Shown: positions 26,590 to 39,469 of the stretch, one piece after another
Layout of the letters: every line of letters starts with the position of its first letter
Position numbering within the stretch: the first letter of the stretch is position 1
Assembly (NCBI RefSeq): GCF_018977255.1
Contig: NW_024704743.1
Coordinates: 60,142,001-60,206,000 of the forward strand
DNA: 64,000 bases
Source of the DNA: Callorhinchus milii
Lineage: Eukaryota
Direction: 5' to 3'
Translations under genes and position numbers: made by a program
The notes under the pieces: model-generated
Seen by the model: only the letters and a program-made list of their open reading frames with translations
Told to the model about the DNA's origin: nothing
Database searches by the model: none

Positions 26590-27015
26590 TAGGTAGCATG
26601 CTCATCTCTGGGTCAGAAAGGTTTGGGTTAAAATCCCACATCAGGACATTGAGCTCACGGTCTAGGTTGCCATACAGTGTTTGGGGAGCACTGCATTATC
26701 AGAGGTGCTATACTTCAAATGAGACGTTAAACCGAGGTCCCTTGGGCTTGTTCAAATGAACAAAAGATCCCATGGTACTAATTGAAAAGAAAAGGGAGTT
26801 CCTCCAGTCTACTGGCCAACAATCCTCCAGATAAAATTAATCATTCTGTACATGGATTTTTGTGAGGCACTATTGTGCACAAGTTGATTGCCTAGTTTAC
26901 AAATTAGCTATCCCATTTGTTTATAAACATAGCCACTACACTTCATTGAAACTGCGCAGACAACTATGAGACATTCATTATTGCAGGTTTTATATCAAAT
27001 GCAAAGATTTATATT
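26590..27015 (+). mobile_element. Deu-domain SINE (SacSINE1/AmnSINE1-like), near full length, diverged
   Basis: tRNA-like head, GCACTGCATTATCAGAGGTGC..GAGACGTTAAACCGAGGTCC..AAAGATCCCATGG central domain, ATATCAAATGCAA tail. Confidence 0.72.
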
Positions 27016-27599
27016 ATCAAATTCAATAAATCAAATCAAGACATTTCCATGGTTATTGGTTATTTCAATTAGGAATTCCATATTTATAAACTAACATGGT
27101 GGAACTTAAGCAACTTAGAAAGTTACATTTTTAAAAATTGTTTGGCATCTCAAATTGTGGGAAAATGTGAACCAGTGTGGTCGATGACAGCTGCAAGGAA
27201 CAGTGTTCCCTAAGGATTATAAAAAAACTCTACTTGTGTCAGATAGAGTAATTTCTAGAAGTCTTTATTTTGATTAATATGACAATATCTTTTGATGAGT
27301 TCCAAATGGGTTGGAGAGCCTCAATGTATGACTGCACACATAGCTTTTGTCTCAAAAGCTTGAAGCAGCTGCATTGAGTTTTATTTCATCTGTAGCAAAT
27401 GGAGATAAATCAGCAGCCAGATTACAAATACAGTATGCAGCTTTACAATTTCCTCTCTGAAAAACACTTTAAATTAGCCACATTCCTGGAATTTAACTGC
27501 TGAGCATTTTTGAAAATCAGTTTCATGTGGTTTGTTCAAAAACAATTTTTCTACTGCAAGCACAACAGGCTGAACTAGACAGATCAACAACAATTGTGA

Positions 27600-28740
27600 T
27601 CTGAGGAGAAATAGATATCGAGGGGGTCAATGTGGTGGTGGTGCAGGAAAGTAGTCAGTGAGAGCTGTGAGAATTCAAGGATAGTTGGGGAGGTATTGTG
27701 AGGTGCAGTAATCAATGCAGATGAGATGAGGATCAACATTGTCAGTATCGAGGTGAAGAGTTGCTGTGAGCAGGACTGCCTAAACTTTTGTCGCTACTGA
27801 GCTGCAGAAATCTAGAACACTTCCAAGACCTCACATCTGACAAGCAATCAGTCAGAAGAGCAGTGCCTCTGGAATCAAGGGTAGAGGCAAAGAGAAAGAG
27901 TTTGGTGTCATCTGCGTACATAATGAAGTGGACTCCATGCCTGCAGATGATGTCATTAAAGAGGAGCAAAGAGATGATGAAAAGGAGAGTACCAAGTATA
28001 CAGCTCTGAAAGATGCTACATGTGACAATGCAGGAAAGGAGAAGAAGCCATCAAAGGAGGCAAAATGAAGTCACTGGGATAAGTAAAGTGAAATCAAAAA
28101 ACAACAGAATGGAGATGGAGTAGTTGGCTGGTAAATGTTTTGGAGGGTGGAATACTTGATGGTATCAAAGGTGGCACTGAGATAGAGAACAAGAAGGGTG
28201 AGGGGCCCTAGTTGTAGATGGAGAGAACACTGTTGGTAACTTTGATCAGGGCAGTCTTGATTATGTGGGGAGATCAGAAGCCAGATTGGAGGGGCCTGTA
28301 AAGGAATTGGTAGGAGAAGAAAGAACAAACCTGGGAAGCAATGATGCATTCTTGCACACTGGAAAGGGCAGTAGCTGGTGAGTGTGGAGTCTCCAAAAAG
28401 GGTCCTTGAGGGGTTTGAATGGGGAGATATACTGTGCCGGTGTAGTGGGAGAGGATGATGTCAGTTGACAGAGAAGCGGAACCTGGGTGGACAGGAGTGG
28501 TGTGAGATGGTGATCAAGAGAATATGTGGTGGGTTTTATGTTGGAAATGAGGAAGAAAGAAGATGATGGGAACACAGAGTCAAAGATGTGGAAGAAGGAG
28601 TAAATGGAAGCCAGGAGCAAGGTGGCAGAGGCAGTTGAGCGATTCAATCTGATTTGACATGAGGACGTCCATCATCTATGGACTTGCACATGGAGTTGGA
28701 GGTGGGGTTAGAGAGTGGTCAAAGAAGGTGAAGAGTGTTT
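27600..28740 (-). mobile_element. Old L2 RT fragment
   Basis: HGVHFIMYADDTKLFL and LYLSATFDTI motifs on the minus strand. Confidence 0.8.
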
Positions 28741-29069
28741 ACCCCTCCTAGAATCTCAGATAAATTGCCTTAAACCTTTTTTTAAAAAATTAACTAAAGA
28801 AAGAATAGAAGCTTTTCTCCAATTAAGTCCAAATGTCACTTTCAGTAATCTAATCTGACAAATATCCAACAGTACTATCAGATTTATCTTTGAAATGTAA
28901 CTTTCTCAGGGAAGTAACTGTTTATTTACATGTACTGCCTTATGTGAATGTTGAAATAAAGATAAGATCAAAGATTCTGAGATCTGAAAAGTCCTACAGA
29001 ACTAGGATTAGTTTGATTGGTACCAGATCCCAGACGACCATACTCCTACATTATGTTCTTTCCCCAACT

Positions 29070-29337
29070 CAACAACATCAACAAAATTACATTTGTATAG
29101 CGCCGTTCACGTCGGGAGGATGTCCCAAAGCGCTGGACACTCAGTGTTTTAGACCTGAGCTGGGGGCCGGGATTGGGGAGGGTGGAGGGCAGGGGAAAGC
29201 AGGGTGATCGAAAGCACGGTCGAAGAGGAGAGTCTTGAGATGGTCTTGAAGGAGGCGGGGGGCGGGGGCGAGGCAGAGGATCTGCGGGATGGAGTTCCAG
29301 AGCGTGGGGATACAGTGGCAAAAGGCTGGCCCGTCCG
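29070..29337 (-). mobile_element. L2 3' end
   Basis: Tail ACATTTGTATAGCGCCGTTCACGTCGGGAGG plus body. Confidence 0.85.
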
Positions 29338-29634
29338 CAACTCTTCACAATACCACCTTCACTGTCATAACAAATCATGCTTAAGAGACTCCTCCCACAT
29401 TATTTAAAAAATAATTAGCAGCTAAATGATCAGAGGAACAAGTGTGATATCCTGCACATATTTAAGCCTTGCTGTAATCACTCACGAGTAAATTCAAACC
29501 ACAGCCTGACGAGTTACTTTCACATTACTGCATCACTTTTACTAAATAGCTCATTTCAGATCGGCAACTTATCAGGTGGTGAGTTTCATGTTGGATATGA
29601 GGACCCTTTAGTCAATACATCAAACAACAACATC

Positions 29635-29935
29635 TGTGACCTCATAACCCCTTACCAACCTGTCCGCTCCTTCCGCTCAATGGGCTCCGACATGCTTCAT
29701 GTACCCTGCCTCTGGAACTCCATCCCACCGCCCCTCAGCCTCGCCTCTCCCTTGCCTCTTTCAAGAGCCGTCTCAAGATCCTCCTCTTCAACCATGCCTT
29801 TGGTCACACTCCTAGCCCTATACCCGCCGCCCTCCATCCCTCCTGATCCCAAACACCAGCTTGGGTGCGGATCCCCGACTGTCCAGCACCTTGGGAGGTC
29901 CTCCTGATGTGAAAGGTGGTATACAAATATAATTG
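29635..29935 (+). mobile_element. L2 3' end
   Basis: LWNSIP..., tail GGTCCTCCTGATGTGAAAGG. Confidence 0.8.
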
Positions 29936-30084
29936 TGATACCATGTTTGTACAATTGCCACTGACTGTACAATTGCAAATTCAAATTCATTTAGGTTAAT
30001 AGAGCCTAAACAGAATTTGTTCATGTACATAAACGTGTATGAGCTGAAAATAGACAATTCAAATAAGTTACAATAAAACCCTTT

Positions 30085-30500
30085 ACAGTTGATATAGTGC
30101 CTTATCGCATTGTCGAGATGTTTCAAAGCACTTCACACAATCTTAAGAACATAAGAAATAGGAGGAGTAGGCCATTCGACCCCTCGAGCCTGACCTGCCA
30201 TTTAATAATGTCATGGCTGATCTTCTAACCTAATTCTATTTACCTGCCCTATCCCCATATCCCTTAATCCCTTTAGTTTTTTAAAATATTATCGATCTCA
30301 CACTTTACTGTGAAGCGTATTGACTGTGCATTTGCTGGTGAACCCAGTAGTCATTTTGCCCACAGCAAGGTCTCACAAACAGCCATGAAGTAAATCATCA
30401 ATTTTATTTGGGGGATTGTTAGCTAGGACACCAGGAGAAACACCCTTCTCTTTTCGAGTTGTGCCATGGGGTCTTTAACATTCACCTGAACAGGCAGACA
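30085..30500 (-). mobile_element. Deu-domain SINE interrupted by a CR1 3' end (~30145-30300)
   Basis: TAAGAACATAAGAAATAGGAGGAGTAGGCCATTCG (CR1 tail, antisense) splits the SINE body. Confidence 0.7.
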
Positions 30501-30529
30501 GGACCTCAGTTTAATGTCTCTCAAGATCA

Positions 30530-31880
30530 CAAGTTTGGTCTGGATGAAGAAGGCTCTTCAGCCCATCTGATCACATCTCTCCAGAGCACCTACCCTTTTA
30601 TCCTCTCACAACTGCATTGCTTTTTAAATGAGTCTCATGCCCTGGCCTCTATTAGCTTTCCTGGCAATTCATTCTAGTTGTTGATTACACTTTGTGTAAA
30701 AAAAAGTTTTCTGAAATTGCCCTTTACAACTCTTAACCTATGTCATTTTGTTCTACTGTCTTGATACATCGTAAAATATTGATTTGGGTTCATTTTTTCA
30801 ATCTTCTAAAATGTTGTACATTTCCATGAGGTCTAGCCTGTGTAATCATTGCTCATAACTCATTCCTCTACCACTGGGGATCATCCTCTTTTCTCTCCTC
30901 TGCACTACCTCTAGACCTTGAACTGCCCTTATGTTGTGGCGTATGCAGTTTTGAAGGTGTGGTCGGTCTGACCAGAGCATTGTGCAACCTGAGAATGAAG
31001 GTTGGGAATCTCAAATCAGCTGATTTAGCAATTCAGCCTAGTATCCTATTTACCTTGTTTAATGCTGCCTCACACTGTTTTGACATAGTGAGCGACGAGA
31101 CAACTAATGTCGCTCTTTCAGTCTCCCCCTTGGCAAGTTCAATCTCATCCATGAAGTACGTGCGTTTCCTATTTTTTGATTCTATATGTAGTACCTTGTA
31201 TTCATCAGTACTAAACTTCATCTGCCAGTTATCAGCTCATATGTATCCCCAATAAGCTTTCTTGAAGGTCTTTACTCCCTCCTCTAATAACCTTGGTGTC
31301 ATATGCAAATCCAACTATCCTACACTGGGTTTTTGAATCCAAGTCATTTACATACAAGCGGAACAGGAAGAGTCCCAGTGGAGATCCCTCTGACACCCCA
31401 TTTAATACCTCCTCATTTTGACCTAGCTCCCCTAACAAAAACCCTCTAGTTGCTTCCCTTCAGCCAATTCTAAATTCATGTTTTATCTTACCCTTGATAC
31501 CCAGAGATCACAGTTTGAGAAGGAGTCTTTCATGTGGTACTTTGTCAAACACCTTTTGGAAGTCCAAATGTATTAGATCATATGTCTTCCCAAAGTCCGG
31601 ATATTAAAGGATATGGGGCAAGGGCGGTAACTGGACTTGAGGTACAGATGAGCTTATAAAATGGCGGAACAGGCTCGAGGGCTGTCACCTCCTCAAAAAA
31701 AAATCTATGAGATTGGTTAGACAAGATATACCTTTTCTGAACCCATGGTGGCTCTTAATTATTAGATTATTTTTATACAGGCAATTTTCCACTTCCCTTC
31801 TAATAATTGACGCCATAATTTTTCCCATTATTGAGGTCAGGCTGATAGATCTCTAGTTGCCAGGTTTAGTTTTGTCGTTT
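30530..31880 (-). mobile_element. Old CR1 RT fragment with a small + strand CR1 tail inserted at ~31600-31685
   Basis: NGVSEGSPLGLFLFRLYVNDLD..FAYDTK, MKFSTDEYKVLH, QCEAALNKVNRILG. Confidence 0.8.
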
Positions 31881-32451
31881 TATCCGAACGACAGCAATGC
31901 CAACAGTGCAGCATACAATAACAACTTGTATTTATTTAGCACCTTTACAGGGAGCACTCATCTCCAGCATTGTATAGATGTCAGCCTAGACTATATGAAT
32001 TCAGTGTGAGGTTTGAACCCAAAACCTTCTGACTCAGAGGCAAGAGCACTACGACTGAGCCAACCTGATGTCTATGGTTATGCTTCATTCCCTAAAATAG
32101 GTGATGTAAAAAGAGTTGACCACATATGGAACCATAAAAGAGCATAATTTTGTGATTATAAGGTCATAACCAATTTTTATGATTTGAATATTCTAATGTA
32201 AAAATAATCAATTGTGGGTAAAGGCCTAAGTTGTGTTTATTTTATATTTATCAGCCTCCAATTATTACCCTGTGGTTGTTATAGGGTACATGTGCACAAA
32301 TAAATACCATAATTATGGCAGGTATGGTTTTACATGCTGCATGACAATAACAAAGGTTTAAAAGAAACCACTGCAGAAAGCTTTATTTACCTTCAACGGT
32401 CACCTTTTGTATTGCAGCTTTTTCTTATAAAGATATAATTTGTGGACGTGT

Positions 32452-32830
32452 GGAGTCCCGTAGCTTAGTGGTTAAAGCACTTGCCTCGCAGGCAAGAGGG
32501 CCTGGATTTGATTCTCGGGCAGTGCGAAATATTGGGCAAGTTTCCTTACTCCACACGCCTCCGTTCACCTAGCAGTAAGTAGGAACCTGGTTGTTACTCG
32601 ATTGACAGATCACTTTTCTGGGGGTAATAATCCCTTAAAACATAAAAAAAAATTAAATAATAATTTGATCACTGAATCCACGACTGTTTGTGGGACACTG
32701 CTGTGCGCAATTGGCTGCCATGTTTCATCCATAAAATATATGGTCAATTCTCTTTACAGTATATGCTGTGAAGCGCATTGAGACGTCTCGAAGACATAAG
32801 GAACTATATCTAATGCAAGGATTATTATTA
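32452..32830 (+). mobile_element. tRNA-derived SINE (long subfamily with extra central segment)
   Basis: Same head and tail as the short copies, plus CCTCCGTTCACCTAGCAGTAAGTAGGAACCTGGTTGTT..GACAGATCAC. Confidence 0.9.
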
Positions 32831-34029
32831 TTTCCCCCTCCTCCTAATTAGAAGTAGTTTCTCTCTATCCAAGTCCTCTATTTCCAAGTCAGCTGCTTGC
32901 ATTCAATTATACTTTATTTGATTCAGACACGCAATTAATATTGCCACTCATCAGCTAACTGATCACAAATACAGAGTACACGGAACTTTAAGAAGTTTAT
33001 TTCACATTGCACCGTAAAATAAACATCCACATTGAATCAAGAGAAATTCTTTGTACTGCAATAACTTATCAAATAATACTCCTTACAATTGATATAGCAC
33101 CTTTAATAATGGATTAATGGTCTCAACAAAATCAAGCATTTGATTTTGAATGCTAAAATATTTGTAAGTTATCAAGAGAAGTTCAGTATTGGTGCATTGC
33201 ACAGATGTTTGAAGGAAAGATTAACAAAAGACGATCAGAGAAAAAAACTAATGGGCTGAGCAGAAGCATACAAGTGAATTACCAATTTCTAAGTCACATG
33301 ACAGAAAACCATTTTGTTTTACTGAAGAGTTAATTATTACTAAGAATACTTCCTGCTCTTAATTACTTTCCAGAGCCGCTACTGGAAAGTATTTGTTTTG
33401 AAAAGCATCTGAATACTATCAAATTGGAAATTTTATAACAAGTTCACGTTGATATAATGGTATGCTGGGACCCATGTTTTGTCTTACCTTGAAGTAATTA
33501 AGTACCAAATGTAAATTCCCAATGGCATGCACACTTTCATCAAGTAGCTAATACATAGTAGCTCCGTAGTTGCTCTTACATTTCCAGTCATCTAAGTACA
33601 TTGATTGTTTAGTAATAGATGTCCACAAACCTGATTTTGTGGCACATTCAGGCACCAATAACAAATATGGAATAGTTGCTCAACTATTTTGAATAATGTG
33701 AGAACAATTTGGAGTCTAGTTGTAAACACTGTCTAGGTAAGAAACAGTTAAATTTATTGGTTAAAAATAAGGCTACAGTAAACAGCAACATGACTTGAAT
33801 ATTCTCTGTTTTCGTAGTGTTAATCTGTTGCTCACATAATGAACCCTTCGACTGTCAAAACGGACTTTAACCTTAATCTTACAGTGAAACAACTGGTTAA
33901 TAACTGCAGAGCACCTGTGGGTACAAAAATAGATTTTGTTGACTCAATAAGATGTGACTCTAACAGTGGGTACAGTCAGCTTGGATTTTAAATTCATCTC
34001 TGTAAACTGGATGTTCATCTCTATAAAAT

Positions 34030-34630
34030 GTTCTGACAAAGGTCATTGACCTGAAACATTAAACTACTTTCCTCTCTCCATACAACAACAACATTACATT
34101 TATATAGCGCTTTTCGAATTGGGAGGATGTCCCAAGGCGCTGGACAGAGTACAGCATTTCAGACCAGAGCTGGGGTCNGGGGGGAAGAAGGGAGGGGAAG
34201 GGGGGTGACCGATGGCATGGTCTAAGAGGAGGGTCTTGAGGCGGGACTTGAAGGAGGCTAAGGAGGGGCCGAGGCAGAGTGATTGGGGGATGGAATTCTA
34301 GAGGTTGGGAGCAGAGTGGCTGAAGGCTCTCCCGCCAATGGTGGGGCGTGTGGGTCGGGGGACACGGAGCAGCCCGGAGCCGGCTGAGCGGAGGGACCGG
34401 GCAGGTTGGTAGGGGGTTAGGAGGTCTCCGCGGTAGGGTGGGGCGAGGCCACGGAGGGCTTTGTAGGTGAGGACCAGGATCTTGAACTGGATCCTCTGAA
34501 GGATAGGGAGCCAATGGAGTCGGGCGAGAATGGGGGAGATGGGGTCACGGAGTTTGGTGGGAAAGGATACGAGCTGCAGAGTAGATGCTGCCTGACCTGC
34601 TGAGTGCTCCCAACAACTTCTGTGTTTATA
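34030..34630 (+). mobile_element. Penelope-like-element terminal-repeat derivative with hammerhead-like core, split by an L2 insertion
   Basis: CTGACAAAGGTCATTGACCTGAAAC...CTCTCTCCA (34030-34082) continues as TAGATGCTGCCTGACCTGCTGAG (34582-34630); the same two parts are contiguous in a second copy at ~53100-53180. Confidence 0.65.
34083..34580 (-). mobile_element. L2 3' fragment
   Basis: PISPILARLHWLPILQRIQFKILVLTYKALRGLAP; (CAA)n tail. Confidence 0.92.
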
Positions 34631-35664
34631 TAAACTGGATGTCTGGTTCCAAGTCACAAACTGCACTTCAATTGTCTATATTTACCCTACCTGGGGATGA
34701 GTTAGTCCTAGTCTCTAGAGGCAATAGCTGAGTTTGAACACACTTTGATAATTCGCTTCTGATCATGATTGGAAGTGAATTATTAAAAACATGTTTTAGC
34801 TAAATTTGCTTGTGCTTGTTAGCTGACCTTACAATTTTGATTATAAAATGTTGCTTTAATTGAATGGCTGTACCTTGTTGACAAGCTAATACAGAATGGT
34901 TAATTCCATTGATGGCTGATTCCCTGACTAATACAGAGTGGCTAGTTACATTGTTGGCCACATCATTTGTACCCAACAGCTGGGCATCAAAGGTTGGGTT
35001 CCTATCAATAGCATTGCTAAATTATAAATGTGGGATTTCAGAACTTCAATTGTGTGCAGGGAAACCTTTTTCCTGGTGTTGGCTTTGTTGTGAGGATTCC
35101 ATTGTAATTACAATGTGAGAAATCATGATGTGTGCTATTCATAAAGAGCTATTTAGCCCAAGTTTAAAAAAAGGTGATGTAATTGAGTGGAGCACTCCAT
35201 TTTTCAAGCTTAGGAGCTGCAATGCAGAAATGCACTCCTCATCAAACGGGGTCAATTAACTGAGTGTACACTTCTGTCCCTAACAGACCACTTTCCCACT
35301 GTTCCTTTCATAGCTTGACAGTTAAATCGGCAGTTCAACAGTTCGATGGAAATCTAAGCCATCATTTAGGTAAGAAATTAAAACGTTTTGTAATTATTCT
35401 GCATACTGACAAATCATAGAATACTCTGGATGGTCATCTTAAAAAAACAAATCCCACTTTCTCATGGCTGTCATTTGGAATCAGAACTCCTGCTGACCAG
35501 TACCCTTGGTAATGAAAGCATACATTTTACTTAAAGTATTTAATAAAATTAAGTTATGATTTATTGGATCCTCTTAAAAGAAAATTGTTAATTTAATGAT
35601 CCAAAGATTTCTTCAGCTAAAACAGTCTTGTGCTATATTATAGTAATATAGCTCCTATCAAATA

Positions 35665-36165
35665 TCACAACAACAACAAGATTCCATTTATAAAGCGCCT
35701 TTCACGTCAGGAGGACGTCCCAAGGCGCTGCACAGTTGGGTCATGACCCGAGCAGGGGGGAAATGGTCAGGGTGAGGGGAGGGAAGGGAGGGAGCGAGAA
35801 GGGGGAAGAGAGTCGAGAGGGGAGCTGAAGGCACGGTCAAAGAGAAAGGTTTTGAGACCGGCCTTGAAGGAGGAAAGGGAGGAGGCGGCGAAGGCACTGG
35901 GGGATAGAGTTCCAGAGCCTCGGGGCTGAGAGGCTGAAGGCCCGACCACCGATGGTAGGGCGATTGGGGCGGGGGACGTGGAGCAGACCGGAGCCAGAGG
36001 AACGGAGGGTACGGGCAGGTAGGTAGGGGGATAGTTGGTTGGAGAGGTAGGAGGGAGCGAGGCCGTGAATGGCCTTGTAGGTGAGGATGAGGATCTTGAA
36101 ATCAATCCTCTGGGGGATGGGGAGCCAGTGGAGGCGAGCGAGGGTGGGAGTGATGTGGTCACGAA
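35665..36165 (-). mobile_element. Young L2 3' fragment
   Basis: HITPTLARLHWLPIPQRIDFKILILTYKAIHGLAPSYL...RAFSLSAPRLWNSIP; CpGs preserved. Confidence 0.93.
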
Positions 36166-36596
36166 TCACATTATTTCTGTTGATTTTGATTAGTATTATG
36201 ATTACTAATCAACAACCATTCAACTTTCCTCATTCAACTATTCTATCGACATTTGATTATGGGTCAGAAAGATATAAATCATTATGACATAAGTCAAATA
36301 GAAAGCCTCACATTAGACCTGATGTGATAATGTTTTAAAACAAAGCCTACAGCCAACCATGCAACATGGAAGTGACAAAAAAAAGCACAAGTGGTATTCT
36401 CATTGGTTCAGTAGAGGTCATATCATGCAGGTGTGTTCCATTTATACAGAGGGTCATTAATGTGACGAGTTTCTTGTTTAATAGCAATGGATGAATAGGT
36501 CAAGTGAACAAGGTCAGTGTGGCGTGAGCAATGTTTAACATGAAAAAAACACAGCAGGACAGCAGCCATGTTACAAAAAGAAAGGTATGCAAGTGT

Positions 36597-36900
36597 GGAG
36601 TCCTGTAGCTCAGTGGTTAGAGCACTCGCCTCGCAAGCGAGAGATCTGGGTTTGAATCCCGTTAGGGCAAAACCTTGGGCAAGTTTCCTGACTCCACACG
36701 CCTGATAATAATCCCTCAAGAAAAAAAATAATAAATTGGTCACTTAATTCCACGACTTTGAGACACTGCTGTGCACAAATGGCTGTCGCGTTTCGCCCAC
36801 AAACATACAGTCAATTCACTTTACAGTATTTCTGTGAAGCGCTTTGAGACATCTAGAAGACATGAAAAGCACTATATCAAATGTAAGGATTATTATTATA
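36597..36900 (+). mobile_element. tRNA-Ala-derived SINE (short subfamily)
   Basis: Head GGAGTCCTGTAGCTCAGTGGTTAGAGCACTCGCCTCGCAAGCGAG; (ATT)n tail. Confidence 0.92.
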
Positions 36901-37561
36901 TACAAAAATACATGAAAGCAGAAAAAGAGGCAAACAAACAGAGAAAGAACAGGTTTCTTTAGCGATGCTTATTCTGTACATTTAGCATCCTTAGTTTGGT
37001 CTGACATGATCCATTATCTGTGGTGTTGTAATAGGAAACAATATCCTTATGTAATAACAATAATATTATAGTTCCTATCATGCAGGATAGAGTCTCGGAG
37101 GGCTTAACAATGGTTAGACACTGGATAGGGGAGAAGGGGAAGGTGACCATAGGCCTGGTGGAAGAGGTAGATCTTCGGTTTTAAAAATAAGGAAGCGGCC
37201 AAGTCAGAGGGACTGAGACAGGGAGTATTCAGAAATTAGAGGCATAGTGCCTGTTAAGCTCTTCAAGATGCAAGCTCACAAGAAGGCCACTATATAAATG
37301 CAAGTTGTTGTTGTGACAAAAATATAGCCACTGATGGTATTGTGGATGAATTGTGAGATGCGCGGCAGGCCTGTGACAACTGAACAAAGAAGGCAGACAG
37401 AGAAGTGGGGTACAAGCAGGTCAGAGGTGGAGAGCCTGAAGGAATTTGTACGAGAGGTTGAGGAATTTTAAATCAATCCTTTTCTATCCTGACACCGAAG
37501 TCTTGCAATAAAACAAAGATAGTATAAGAAAGCTGAACAATAAAACACTATAACTCTAGAG

Positions 37562-37625
37562 CAGCGTTTCCCATACCTTTTTGTGCTGTGTCCCCTTTGG
37601 ACATTAATGTCCTATGCATGCTACT
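37562..37625 (+). mobile_element. hAT-Charlie-type terminus (single end)
   Basis: CTCTAGAG (NTCTAGAN target consensus) directly followed by CAGCGTTTCCCATACCTTTT; partner end not found. Confidence 0.45.
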
Positions 37626-38074
37626 GTCTTTCTAGATCATGTTATGTTCACATGCTCCTTGGGAGCTCCGTGCTCATCCTCCCTTGGTCTCTTGTCCCAG
37701 GGATGATAAGCAACCAATATTTGAAGCAGAGGGATCAGGATGAACCAGTGTATTTTATTTTCCTCCCCTTCTCCAAGGGCCGCCCTCGTATGAAAAAAAG
37801 TTCTTACCAAGTAACCTTGTCACAAAATTAACTTATAATAAAAATAAACTAAATTCGTCACTCCAAGGGAAACTGGCTCATTTGAGAATTATCCAGAGTT
37901 CCAAGTTAGGCATATGTATAAATGCATAAATGCAGCCAGAATATGCAGCATGGTGACTTCAGTAGTAGTGACAAGTTAAGTCAGGGTTGAGTTATCAGTT
38001 TGCAATAATTACTTAGTTCTTAGCTTTATAAGAACAAACATGGCTGAATTTATATAGAATTCCATTATAATCAT

Positions 38075-38445
38075 AGTAATCCTTGCTGTTGGTGTAGTGC
38101 GTTTCATTTCAGGAGGCGCCTCAAATGTCTCAAGATTTATTGTGAAGTGGAGTGACTGTCTTATTTGTAGGCAAATGTAGCAGCCTATTTATGTACAGCA
38201 ATGTTCCACAAACAGCCATGAAATCAATAACCAATTTTATTTGGAGATTGTTAGCCAGGACACCTGGAGAAACTCCCTTCTATTTTTGAGCAGTGCCATG
38301 GAATCTTCCAAGTCAAGATCAGGTAGATGGTTTAACATCACATTTGAAGAACAACACCCCAAGCAATACAACACACTCCCAGCACTACACTGGGGCGTCA
38401 TTGCAACCTAGAGGTTAGATTGCTACCAACTGAGTCAGACTGATT
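38075..38445 (-). mobile_element. Deu-domain SINE
   Basis: CAGCAATGTTCCACAAACAGCC..CCAGGACACC..GTGCCATGGAATCTT..GCTACCAACTGAGTCA. Confidence 0.7.
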
Positions 38446-39469
38446 CATATGTACATAATTGTTTGAAATGAAAGATAAAATAATCCTTGCTCTTGATATA
38501 GTGCCTTTAAGTTGGGAGGACATCTCAGACCGATTTACAGGATTTAGTGTGAAGTATAGTGACAGTATACTTTGTTGGTGAATGATGTACGATATAATCC
38601 ATCACAGTATTTATCATTATCACAAAAGCTGCTGAATATAGCAGTTTGCACATGGGTGTGTTCAGCGTGAGATTTCAAAGCGTAAGCAATTAGCGTGGCC
38701 AGGAAATCATTAACTTTGTTCAAGGTCCAACCAACACAACTGGAAATGAGCTCATATCCTCAACCAAAATTGCTAGCCCCTGAGATTGGTCAAACAAAAA
38801 TTCTAGTGCTGGTTGGTCACACCTACAAATATGTAATTTAAAAAATCTATTTTCTTTTCTCAAATTAATCAGTGTATAAATATAGTTTGGGAATTCACAA
38901 TGCTATACATATATCTTTATAAAGACAAGAATAGTTACTCAAAATACAACCATGACGGAATTGATTTTTAAGCCTTCAACTATGTTTCTAGCAGCCTGCA
39001 GCCCTGCTGTCGAAGTAAAGGATGCTATCATAAAAAGGGAGCAGTGCTGATAAAAAAAAGTACATCCCAAGTTGGGTCTACCGCCCATTCCCAAAGGCAA
39101 AACAGCAACCAGAAAAGTAGCAACAAGTATATGCCTTTATAATCTAGTAGTGCCATAGAAAAATGAATGTCAGGACAAAGTATGCAGGCACTGGAAAACA
39201 AACAAGTTGGTGCATGCCCAGTTCCTTTAATGTTGTCACTCCACAGATTATTTCAGAGCCAGTTCTGAAGTATTCTGCAACATAAACATATTAGTAACTA
39301 CTGGCAAGTAGTGTTAAATTAAACCATGTTTAAATTGTTTGTACAGTGATTTGATATAAATGAACTCAAGCAATTTTAACAATTTTTTCAACCACATTCA
39401 ACTAGTTAATTTTATCCTGTTTGGCTTCTTCACTTTCACTGGACATCATGCTGATTGTTTCAGGGAGTA

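Noticed and set aside
36345..36360. GCCTACAGCCAACCA resembling the 5S rRNA 5' end
   Set aside because: Similarity stops after about 15 nt and there is no internal control region.
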